DNA of 41,798 bases, taken from Candidatus Odinarchaeota archaeon (GTDB lineage Archaea > Asgardarchaeota > Hermodarchaeia > Hermodarchaeales > Hermodarchaeaceae). The notes beneath the pieces were generated by a model. It was not told the origin of the DNA. It saw only the letters and a program-made list of their open reading frames with translations, and made no database searches. The translations under genes were made by a program, and so were the position numbers. The stretch covers positions 1 through 41,798 of the forward strand of contig JBHLQC010000002.1 in the NCBI GenBank assembly GCA_048885185.1. Reading direction: 5' to 3'. This document shows positions 8,520-16,097 of the stretch, one piece after another (the stretch's first letter is position 1; each line of letters opens with the position of its first letter).

Positions 8520-9293
8520 CTATCCTATGTAACTGGCGCTTTCTGATTCGTCTCGTGGTTCTTGTCGTTCCCGTTGTTGCAGTAGATGGTATTTCACTTG
8601 GTCAAAGATGCCTTTCATTTCTTCGATTTTTTGCTCAAGCTCTGAAACATCAGCCTTGATATCAAATCGATCATTCAGCACTTCAATTATTAATTTCGAT
8701 GCGCGCGGATCAAGCCGGAGTAAAGGAACAGTTTCTGCCAATAGGCAAACGCCTTCTATCCCATATTTGAGTTTAGCCCAAGCGGGTATCACACCATTAG
8801 CCCCGTTTATGACTCCATCTGACATGGGCACAATATAGTCTAACTCAGTGAAGAACTCTTGAAATTTTGACCCTGTTGATGAAACGAATACCTTAGGAGT
8901 TTCCGGATATTCACCGGGAACATAAGCACCAGTTGCGACGACTTTTGATACATTTAGTTTTTTGAATGTCTCTGCGATTCGATCGGAGAACTCGTAGATG
9001 CCTTGTGATGTGGAGGGCTGAAAGTCGCCTGATACCAGTAAGATGTCTTGTTTCAAATTTGAATTTCGATGAAGATAGATTTGGCACTCGGGGATTTTCA
9101 TCATTCCTTCTTCATCTATCATCACATGAGGAGGAAAATCATCAGACAGCACTTGCAAAATTGGTTCAGCGTTAAGACTCCGAATTAAGACTTCAATCGC
9201 AAGTTTCCCTACACTAGCTATGCCTGGCATCCCAACTAGTGCTATTGGATCTTTTATATCGGTGACTTTTTTGAGCCAAATGATTTCAATCAT
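8520..9293 (-). CDS. Proteasome assembly chaperone family protein (PAC2/PbaA-PbaB-like)
   Basis: LVGMPGIASVGKLAIEVLI...ILLVSGDFQP...VVATGAYV...GVINGANGVIPAWAK...CLLAETVPLLRLDPRASKLIIEVLN matches my memory of the PAC2 family layout. Confidence 0.7.
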   Translation of the reverse strand: MIEIIWLKKVTDIKDPIALVGMPGIASVGKLAIEVLIRSLNAEPILQVLSDDFPPHVMIDEEGMMKIPECQIYLHRNSNLKQDILLVSGDFQPSTSQGIYEFSDRIAETFKKLNVSKVVATGAYVPGEYPETPKVFVSSTGSKFQEFFTELDYIVPMSDGVINGANGVIPAWAKLKYGIEGVCLLAETVPLLRLDPRASKLIIEVLNDRFDIKADVSELEQKIEEMKGIFDQVKYHLLQQRERQEPRDESESASYIG

Positions 9294-9383
9294 AGTAGGT
9301 CCCTGCAGGACGTTTAGGCTTCCCGAAGATTGGATTTAAACTTTATGTCCCATATCTTTTAGAGTAACACAGATATCGTTTTT

Positions 9384-10394
9384 CTATTTGGTAATGATAC
9401 CTGAGGAATAGGCGGGTATATAATCAACACGTTGTCGTATGACCCTAATTAGGCTCTCTTTAATCTTATCTTGATCTAATGGTAATACCTGGAACAAGTC
9501 ATCTTGGATGCGCCCAATCTCTCTCCGTAACACTTCAGATACAACAATTATTAGATCGTGGTTGTTGGCGTATTCTCTGGCAAATATCTTTAATTGCTCT
9601 TTTTCGCCGGCGAAAAAGTGTAACCCAAGTTGAAGTTCAGGTAAGAAGAAGTCGTGTTTTGCTGTTTCTCGATATTGGAGACCTAAATCTGTGAGGAGAC
9701 CTTTCACAACGTGAACAAAGTAGGTTCCTAGAGCCTTTACCCTATCAAAGAAATATAGAGTATCCTTGCCACATACTTCTCGTTGAATACCAACACGTTT
9801 GGCGATATCTTTTACATTTTCTATTGGCAAATTTAGGTACCTAGCAAGATATCGTTCAGTCCAGTATGTTCTGATTGCATTACGGAGATGTACGTGCAGG
9901 CCTTCTCGATTCTTACTCATGAATCCGCCTGAGTTCTTTGTAGATGGAGATGGCGTGGGTTTTGATGTTTGGATAGATGGAAGCGGTCTACCTTTAATTC
10001 TGAGATTGAACCAATTTTCAAATGAATCTAGAAGACGAGTAATATTTTCTTTCGATAGTTCAAGTACTGAAATTGCCTGCTCAATATTTGGAATAATTAG
10101 ACCTTCTTGTTTTAACTCTGATACGACGCGAGCTAATTGAATTTTTAATTCTTTAACATCACTTGTAAAGAATGTCATACGGACTTTGAGAGGCGTTCTA
10201 ATCTCAAGGATCCAACGAAGTTGTGATGTGTCTAATCGATAATGGGGGAGTAAGATTAGTTCAAGCGCCTCGGTGATATAAACTTCAGCAATTTGACATC
10301 CCAAAGCCTCTTCTGATACTACAAAGTTGATATCACGTTTTTTGAGGCCCTTAATTAATTCTGATAAATGATCGTGAGTAGATAAATGAGGCAT
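9384..10394 (-). CDS. Hypothetical two-domain protein joined by a Pro/Ser/Thr-rich linker
   Basis: Long ORF with coding-like composition and linker PLPSIQTSKPTPSPSTKNSGG. No family motif recognised. Confidence 0.45.
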   Translation of the reverse strand: MPHLSTHDHLSELIKGLKKRDINFVVSEEALGCQIAEVYITEALELILLPHYRLDTSQLRWILEIRTPLKVRMTFFTSDVKELKIQLARVVSELKQEGLIIPNIEQAISVLELSKENITRLLDSFENWFNLRIKGRPLPSIQTSKPTPSPSTKNSGGFMSKNREGLHVHLRNAIRTYWTERYLARYLNLPIENVKDIAKRVGIQREVCGKDTLYFFDRVKALGTYFVHVVKGLLTDLGLQYRETAKHDFFLPELQLGLHFFAGEKEQLKIFAREYANNHDLIIVVSEVLRREIGRIQDDLFQVLPLDQDKIKESLIRVIRQRVDYIPAYSSGIITK

Positions 10395-10529
10395 TGATTA
10401 TCAAAAAATTAACTACCAAATAGTACAAAAGGTCGTTAATTTCATTACGTTGACCAAATTTCAGCTAGTCATATCAGGTAATCCTCGCAAAGTCGGGCTA
10501 CTAACTTGTAGAAACAGCTCAGAACGTGA

Positions 10530-11396
10530 TTACTTGGGATCTGTAAAAATGAAACAGTGCTCATCATAACGCCGTCCATTTATGATTGCTCCTGTTTCTT
10601 TCTCGATTATCAACTTCTTTTCAAGATACTCTTTCAATTTTTGATTTGCCTTGCTTAGATCACACTGTTTAAGCCAAGGAAGAGGAACATTAACGAACAG
10701 CGGTCGAGCAGGTACAATATGTCGAGTCGTTTTATGCGTGAAAACTTCATTCTTTAGTGCCCATTCAACGACTTCCTCTTTTGTTAGTGATGGAACAATT
10801 AGCACAGGTCGAATCGCTGAGTGAATACTCTCTATAGCATCCGATTCTGTACTATAGAGGAGATTATAACCCATCTCTTGAGCGAGGATTTCAATATTCG
10901 AAATTTCGTCATAGACCGTTTTAATTGAAGGGTTATTGGGGAAGTTTATAAGATGCGCACTAATCCCATTTGCGATTGCGACATCAGCCTTCCGATGTTT
11001 AACGCTTTCAAAAGCCTTGGCTATTGAAGTTGGGATAAGGTTGAATGGACCTTTTTTTGAAAGGTTTTTTTCAAACTCACTAAATTCGACATTACCAGAA
11101 AATTCACGGTGCCATGCTAGAAGTTCAATCGCCGGATTTTGATAATCAACAAGGCACACTGCAGCCATTTGACATCCAAGATCTTTTAAAGCGGCAACAC
11201 GGTGCATTCCATCTAATACGACAAGAGTTGAAGAATCAACTATTATTGGATGTTTAAGCACTTGTACAGCGATAAGGTCGCGTTTCAGTTTTTCGAGTTC
11301 TTTGGGTATTGTTTCTTCATGTATGAAAAGTGATTCAATCAAAACGAGTGTAATTTCCATTGATAGTTGTGGAGTTTCGATTATTACCCCCATCAA
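10530..11396 (-). CDS. ParB/sulfiredoxin-like N-terminal domain protein (SerK-like ADP-dependent kinase is one possibility)
   Basis: IHEETIPKELEKLKRDLIAVQVLKHPIIVDSSTLVVLDGMHRVAALKDLG carries the DG-x-HR ParB/Srx signature. Confidence 0.55.
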   Translation of the reverse strand: MMGVIIETPQLSMEITLVLIESLFIHEETIPKELEKLKRDLIAVQVLKHPIIVDSSTLVVLDGMHRVAALKDLGCQMAAVCLVDYQNPAIELLAWHREFSGNVEFSEFEKNLSKKGPFNLIPTSIAKAFESVKHRKADVAIANGISAHLINFPNNPSIKTVYDEISNIEILAQEMGYNLLYSTESDAIESIHSAIRPVLIVPSLTKEEVVEWALKNEVFTHKTTRHIVPARPLFVNVPLPWLKQCDLSKANQKLKEYLEKKLIIEKETGAIINGRRYDEHCFIFTDPK

Positions 11397-11464
11397 GGCG
11401 TGCTCCAGTTATCTTTTTGATTCTTCATATCACTTGGAGTCTAAGCATATTCGCCCAGAATCAA

Positions 11465-11674
11465 TTATGCTACAATAACATCTTCATCTTTACGAAGAAT
11501 CATTAGACGCGTAATATACCCTGCAATTCGGTTTCGTAGACGTTTGGTTGTATTAGTTAAGAGCTCATCCACAACCTCTTTGTTTTGATCGAAGTCTGTG
11601 GAAAAGCTGTCATGATATCTTTCAACAAGTTCTCTTGAAAGGCGTTTGACTAACACCGTTCTTACTTTACCCAA
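11465..11674 (-). CDS. rps17e: 30S ribosomal protein eS17 (S17e)
   Basis: MGKVRTVLVKRLSRELVERYHDSFSTDFDQNKEVVDEL...LRNRIAGYITRLM closely parallels eukaryotic/archaeal S17e. Confidence 0.9.
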   Translation of the reverse strand: MGKVRTVLVKRLSRELVERYHDSFSTDFDQNKEVVDELLTNTTKRLRNRIAGYITRLMILRKDEDVIVA

Positions 11675-11783
11675 AGTCGTATTCTCCAGAATGTTGTCTT
11701 TTCAGTGCTATGTCGATGCTTATTGTTAGCTATTAGGTTTTTGTAGGTTTGAAACTGGTTATCGTTGATTGATGCACATTTTT

Positions 11784-11798
11784 CGAAAGTTTAAAAAA
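11784..11798 (+). promoter_or_regulatory. Candidate BRE/TATA promoter for tRNA-Glu
   Basis: CGAAAG-TTTAAAAAA is centred about 29 nt upstream of the tRNA 5' end at 11823. Confidence 0.5.
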
Positions 11799-11822
11799 CG
11801 TTATGAAATCACATTCTCCGAA

Positions 11823-11929
11823 GCCGCGTTAGTGTAGCCAGGTCAATCATCTGAGGCTCTCGACCTTAGGACCGGGGTTCGAACCTGGCAGGGTATTTCC
11901 TGTCCGAGAAAATCCCCGACGCGGCACCA
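11823..11929 (+). tRNA. tRNA-Glu(CUC) with a 29-nt intron in the T-loop and encoded CCA
   Basis: GCCGCGU-UA-GUGU-AGCCAGGUCAA-UCAU-C-UGAGG-CUCUCGA-CCUUA-GGAC-CGGGG-UUCGAA[29 nt]U-CCCCG-ACGCGGC-A-CCA. Confidence 0.8.
11884..11912 (+). other. tRNA-Glu T-loop intron (29 nt; the boundary could slide within the A-run)
   Basis: BHB-like: the T-stem is the outer helix, the central helix is UUCG/AGAA (3 bp plus a G.A mismatch), the bulges are AA|C and AA|U, and the inner helix is C.GGCAGG/CCUGUC.G with one mismatch. Confidence 0.65.
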
Positions 11930-11944
11930 TTTATCTTTCTTCAT

Positions 11945-13555
11945 CTATTTCAAATCAAGTGATGTTGTTAATTTTGTGATTGTATTTTTCAGTGATTTGA
12001 GGGAAAAATCTGTATGAAAAATAGTGAGTTCTTTCTCAAGTTTTTTGAACACGCGTTTACAACGTTGAGAAAAGTTAAACCAATTTTCTGTCGAATCAAA
12101 GATTGCATAAAATTTGTGATATTGTCGATTTCGAGCCACGTATTGGCTAATTTGTTCAATAAGCGGGTTTTGATCTTTTAATAGGTTCATTTTAGGAGGT
12201 TCGTTTTGGGCAAGTGGGTAGACATCGGTTAGCTCTAAAGGAACAAGGCCGAAGTATTGAGAGAGGAAAAGGATGTCAAAAAGACTAAGGTTCCTGGAGG
12301 AAACCAGTTCAAATTGGGTTTTAAAGCGTTCAAACGTTTTTGCAGAACGATACGGTCGGGTTTGTGGTGCAGAAATGAATAGAAGAGTTTTCCGCTTCGG
12401 TTTAGGGGGAGTATAGTTAGTCATGCGAGTTTTGTGCCGGATTATTTCTGGTTGATAGAGAGACCATTGGCTTGTGATGAAGATGGCTTTTTTCTTTGTA
12501 ACTGGAGAAAACCTCTCGAATAGTTTATGATATGATGTGAATTTCTTCATGGCATCGACTAATGTAGGATGACTGCTCAGTCTACTTTCTACAAGGCGCC
12601 AAAGCCGCCCCTCGCGAATGGCTGCTTTGATTCTGATAATTTCTTGTTGGCAGATTCGAAGATTATGCTCTGCTAAAACTTGAATTCGTTCTTTTTTTTC
12701 TAGTTGTTTGATTTCAGAAACGGTGAATTGGCTACATGTTGGACAAAAGCAAAAATCATCTTTGATTTCTTCAAGCTTGAAAGTACCCTCAGAAGAAAGA
12801 ATACGATCATGTTTTGCGAAAATGGCATAAGCAGCTGAATCAAACATGTCACAACCCATAGCTACGATTAGCGGAAAAATCAGTGGATGCCCCGCGCCGA
12901 ATAGATGCACTGGTTTATTTGCAGAAATATTCCTCTTGGCAGTTAGAACCAAGTCAACGAGTTTATCAAATTGATACTGTTCCATGAGTTGTGTGGGACT
13001 TCCAATAGCAAAAATGGAAAAATCAAGTTTATTGATTTCTTTGGCGCATTTCTCAACCAAGTCAGTGAATGTCCCGCCTTGGATGGGACCAACCCAAAGT
13101 ATGTTGGGTTTTGTTCTGTGAATAGTTGAAGCTCTCGCACGGCGTATGGTTTCTTCAACCGTTTCCTGTGCTTCTTTATAGACCGCGTTTCCTCCTGTGG
13201 GGACATCTAAAATTACAGCTATGTCGGATTCTATTTTTTCTTGGAATTGGATAATTTGAAGTGGTGTTGTTTTTACATCCCCATAAACAAGAAGTTGATA
13301 GGCCCCCGAGTCTGTCATGATTGTACCAGGATAGTCTAGGATTTCGTGGATGGATCCTTCTAGTTCGGTTTTTGAAAGTAAATAGGCATTTGTAATTATT
13401 GTTTCACAGTTGAAATCCTCAAACATTCTTCGTGGTGGAATGAGAACCCGGGTTGGGTGTACTACCGGAATAAAGGTTGGTGTCTCAACTATCCCTGTCT
13501 TGGTTCGAAATCGTGAGATTCGAGCGAGTAAATCCTTATGGATAATTTCAATCAT
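11945..13555 (-). CDS. tgtA: Archaeosine tRNA-guanine(15) transglycosylase (ArcTGT)
   Basis: MIEIIHKDLLARISRFRTKTGIVETPTFIPVVHP, DSGAYQ, LFGAGHP and the Zn site CFCPTCS. I could not recognise a PUA domain in the C-terminal ~200 aa. Confidence 0.85.
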   Translation of the reverse strand: MIEIIHKDLLARISRFRTKTGIVETPTFIPVVHPTRVLIPPRRMFEDFNCETIITNAYLLSKTELEGSIHEILDYPGTIMTDSGAYQLLVYGDVKTTPLQIIQFQEKIESDIAVILDVPTGGNAVYKEAQETVEETIRRARASTIHRTKPNILWVGPIQGGTFTDLVEKCAKEINKLDFSIFAIGSPTQLMEQYQFDKLVDLVLTAKRNISANKPVHLFGAGHPLIFPLIVAMGCDMFDSAAYAIFAKHDRILSSEGTFKLEEIKDDFCFCPTCSQFTVSEIKQLEKKERIQVLAEHNLRICQQEIIRIKAAIREGRLWRLVESRLSSHPTLVDAMKKFTSYHKLFERFSPVTKKKAIFITSQWSLYQPEIIRHKTRMTNYTPPKPKRKTLLFISAPQTRPYRSAKTFERFKTQFELVSSRNLSLFDILFLSQYFGLVPLELTDVYPLAQNEPPKMNLLKDQNPLIEQISQYVARNRQYHKFYAIFDSTENWFNFSQRCKRVFKKLEKELTIFHTDFSLKSLKNTITKLTTSLDLK

Positions 13556-13569
13556 AGTTAACGCGAGTT

Positions 13570-14019
13570 TTATGTGGAATCTTCTTCAACTTTTGTCTGC
13601 TGCTCTTCTACAAATCGCGTATACACCTTTCTAACTCGATCGGCGAGTGGCCCAGTTCCTTCTACTCCTTGCTCAGTAACCCTAACTTTATTGAGGATAA
13701 CAATTACACGTGCATCTTCAAGAAATCTAACCTCACCAGGCGGAAAGAGCGTCTCAAATTGTTCGGCTAAACCTTTCAAATCAAAAGGATCCTCTGTTTT
13801 CACTAGTTCGAGAATGGTGTGACCAGTAATAACAATCCTATGATATAAGGCTCCTTTTGAATCACGGGCATCAGCTAACACAACACTTAGTGTAGCTGGG
13901 TCATACCCTCGCATCTTCCCTGTAAGGGTTTTCCCAGTATTTGTACTAACAACAACTGTTGCACCTATCAACGATGCAAGCTCTTTGAAAAAATGTCGAG
14001 CCCCTGTACTTTGTGCCAT
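13570..14019 (-). CDS. Sm-like (LSm) domain protein with a C-terminal extension
   Basis: Sm1/Sm2-like GATVVVSTNTGKTLTGKMRGYDPATLSVVLADARDSKGALYHRIVITGHTILELV, followed by ~70 extra residues. Confidence 0.65.
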   Translation of the reverse strand: MAQSTGARHFFKELASLIGATVVVSTNTGKTLTGKMRGYDPATLSVVLADARDSKGALYHRIVITGHTILELVKTEDPFDLKGLAEQFETLFPPGEVRFLEDARVIVILNKVRVTEQGVEGTGPLADRVRKVYTRFVEEQQTKVEEDST

Positions 14020-14317
14020 ATTTAGTTCTCCAGAGATTGTTTTGTTTAGTGATTATCTGTCCGTTTTTATATGTTGTTCACACGCACTATGATGCAATAG
14101 AAGCTACTACGATGAGGTTCTTTTTTTAGTGATGAGAACAGCTCAGCTCGAATTATCCATAGATGACTGATACACTGGTTTCCCCCTGTAGTATCGAATA
14201 CTTTCAGCTTCGTGTCTCTGTGAACTCTCAACCTGCTAGAAAGGACATCCACACCCTTTGACGCTTACCAAGTCTACATTTAACCGGATTCTATTATGCC
14301 AAAAGTCTGGTTAAGAA

Positions 14318-15370
14318 TTGTTGCACTTTGGGACAGTAGAGTCGCCCGAAGTGAAACAAACAATGGAGGATTTACATTGTAGTGAATGCACAGGACAGCC
14401 GATACTAACAAATGGTGAATATGTCTGCCCTCATTGTGGTTTGGTCCTAGCGCGCCAAGTGGTTAATTCGCCATACCAAATATACAAAGAAGAAGGACGT
14501 TCTTCCTCCCAAGGTAAGAGCTATGTTGCTCTTGGGCAAAGGTCGGTCATGGTTGGTGGAATGGGAAGCTTCATAGATTACCAATCCAGCCGCTTTTTCT
14601 ACGACAAAACGGGTAGACCACTAACGCCTCGAAGCCAGCGGCTGTTTCGAAGACTAAAGTTTGATTATAACCTCCGTCTTCGAATCGCCAAACGTGAGAC
14701 AACTTATCGTGCCTTAAGATCCTTGGGTAGAGTGGCAGAATTACTTTCTTTACCGGACAGCATCAAGGATAAAGCCGCATACTACTACCAAAAAATAGAC
14801 AGGAAACTTGAAAGCGAAGATATCACAAGTCATCTCACCCTCATGGCTTATGGATTAATGTTAGCAGTTCGTGAATCGAAAGAAAACGCACCTATCACTT
14901 TGCAGGAAATAGCAGATGCATTTCAGAAACTTGGTCACCGAGTGACTAGTAGATCAATCATTCGCCAAGCACTTTCAGTAAAGAACAAGCTTCCACTTGC
15001 TCCTGCAAAGAGAATGAGCGAAGACTACCTTCAGCGGATAGTATCCCAGACCATTCATCACCCCACAATACAACTGAGATTGCGTCGCGCAGGACTTTCA
15101 GTTCAAGATTATCAGGCGAAGCTAATTAAGCACTCCAATCAATTGTTCGGAAGAATTGATGTTTCTGAGCGGGGTGGAAGAAACCCCTTCATATTTGCAG
15201 TTGCCGTTGTTTACAGTGCAGATTTTCTCATAGCAAAACTGGCGAAACGCCGACCGATTCTTACTCAGCGATTAATTTCGAAGGCAACAAACGCAGCTGA
15301 ATACAGTGTACGAGATCACTACGCCAAGTTACTGAAAGGCCATCTTCTCAAAATGTTACGTCAAGCCTAA
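14318..15370 (+). CDS. tfb: Transcription initiation factor IIB (TFB) family protein
   Basis: Zn ribbon CSECTGQPILTNGEYVCPHCG followed by two cyclin-like repeats (RVAELLSLPDSIKDKAAYYYQKI; FIFAVAVVYSADFL). The ATG at 14363 (MEDLHC...) may be the real start rather than the TTG at 14318. Confidence 0.75.
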   Translation: MLHFGTVESPEVKQTMEDLHCSECTGQPILTNGEYVCPHCGLVLARQVVNSPYQIYKEEGRSSSQGKSYVALGQRSVMVGGMGSFIDYQSSRFFYDKTGRPLTPRSQRLFRRLKFDYNLRLRIAKRETTYRALRSLGRVAELLSLPDSIKDKAAYYYQKIDRKLESEDITSHLTLMAYGLMLAVRESKENAPITLQEIADAFQKLGHRVTSRSIIRQALSVKNKLPLAPAKRMSEDYLQRIVSQTIHHPTIQLRLRRAGLSVQDYQAKLIKHSNQLFGRIDVSERGGRNPFIFAVAVVYSADFLIAKLAKRRPILTQRLISKATNAAEYSVRDHYAKLLKGHLLKMLRQA

Positions 15371-15598
15371 TTGCATCACATGAAGAGTGATTATTAAAAT
15401 TGTGAAGAGTGAAAAAAGAAAGACAGCGCGAAATACTATCGAGTCTATCGCCCAAGCAATCATAAGTACAAATGGTATTGATGTAATAATTGTTCCTGAA
15501 ATTAGTATTATGCTGATTGTATCATTACTTATTGATTGGATTATGAGAAGCAAAATCCAAGAACAAAGTAGAATTTTCAACACCTGAAATAAAAGCAT
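15356..15598 (-). CDS. Small hydrophobic membrane protein (~80 aa), unknown
   Basis: I trimmed the 126-aa ORF to its internal ATG at 15598 so that it no longer overlaps the upstream gene. MLLFQVLKILLCSWILLLII... is strongly hydrophobic. Confidence 0.35.
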   Translation of the reverse strand: MLLFQVLKILLCSWILLLIIQSISNDTISIILISGTIITSIPFVLMIAWAIDSIVFRAVFLFSLFTILIITLHVMQLGLT

Positions 15599-15609
15599 GC
15601 ATTCACTTC

Positions 15610-16050
15610 TTACACGGGTTGGATTATCACTTGGATCACTGTGTCTGTTGCATTCACTGTTAAAATTTGGAGACCACCGGTTACAGAACCAGACAGAAGA
15701 ATGGTACACCGATATGTCCGCGTGATGATATGCCAAGAATTTATGTAAATTTTGAAAATGAGCTGATTATACTCTGTTTCAAGGGTTACGTTACCCGGTA
15801 TGATTAACTGTCTTGTTTGAATAGTTCGGTTGTAATCGGCTACCAAAATTGTTTCATCTACATCATTAACAAACTGCTGAAATGAAAGAGAGTGTTCGGT
15901 TTCTGTTATTACTTGTGTAGTTGTGAGAAAGAGCGGGACACCTATTGTGACAAGCAGCGTAAGATTCAGACCAATTATGATTATTTTCTCAAGACTTTGA
16001 TTCACATAAGTCCCAGAAACTACTCTCAGTAAAGGGAATTTAAAGTCCAA
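15610..16050 (-). CDS. N-terminally anchored beta-rich protein; minor-pilin- or FlaF/FlaG-like candidate accessory of the adjacent type IV filament locus
   Basis: Hydrophobic N-terminal helix KIIIIGLNLTLLVTIGVPLFL followed by a beta-strand-like sequence. It is divergent from the secretion ATPase gene. Confidence 0.35.
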   Translation of the reverse strand: MDFKFPLLRVVSGTYVNQSLEKIIIIGLNLTLLVTIGVPLFLTTTQVITETEHSLSFQQFVNDVDETILVADYNRTIQTRQLIIPGNVTLETEYNQLIFKIYINSWHIITRTYRCTILLSGSVTGGLQILTVNATDTVIQVIIQPV

Positions 16051-16097
16051 GTTTTTCTTGCTTTAAATATGAATCTACGAAATGACAAACGATAAAG

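Noticed and set aside
8520-8540. Possible C-terminal HbYX proteasome-docking motif on the PAC2-family protein
   Set aside because: The C-terminus is ...SASYIG. The Tyr is not in the penultimate position required for HbYX, so I make no claim.
14067-14252. 61-aa minus-strand ORF in the LSm-TFB spacer
   Set aside because: It is short, has no motifs and no ribosome-binding site, and is more likely non-coding promoter or spacer sequence.
15599-15736. Upstream 46 codons of ORF 15356..15736
   Set aside because: It overlaps the 3' end of 15610..16050 by 127 nt and has His/Cys/Ser-rich non-membrane-like composition. The internal ATG at 15598 gives a clean non-overlapping small membrane protein.
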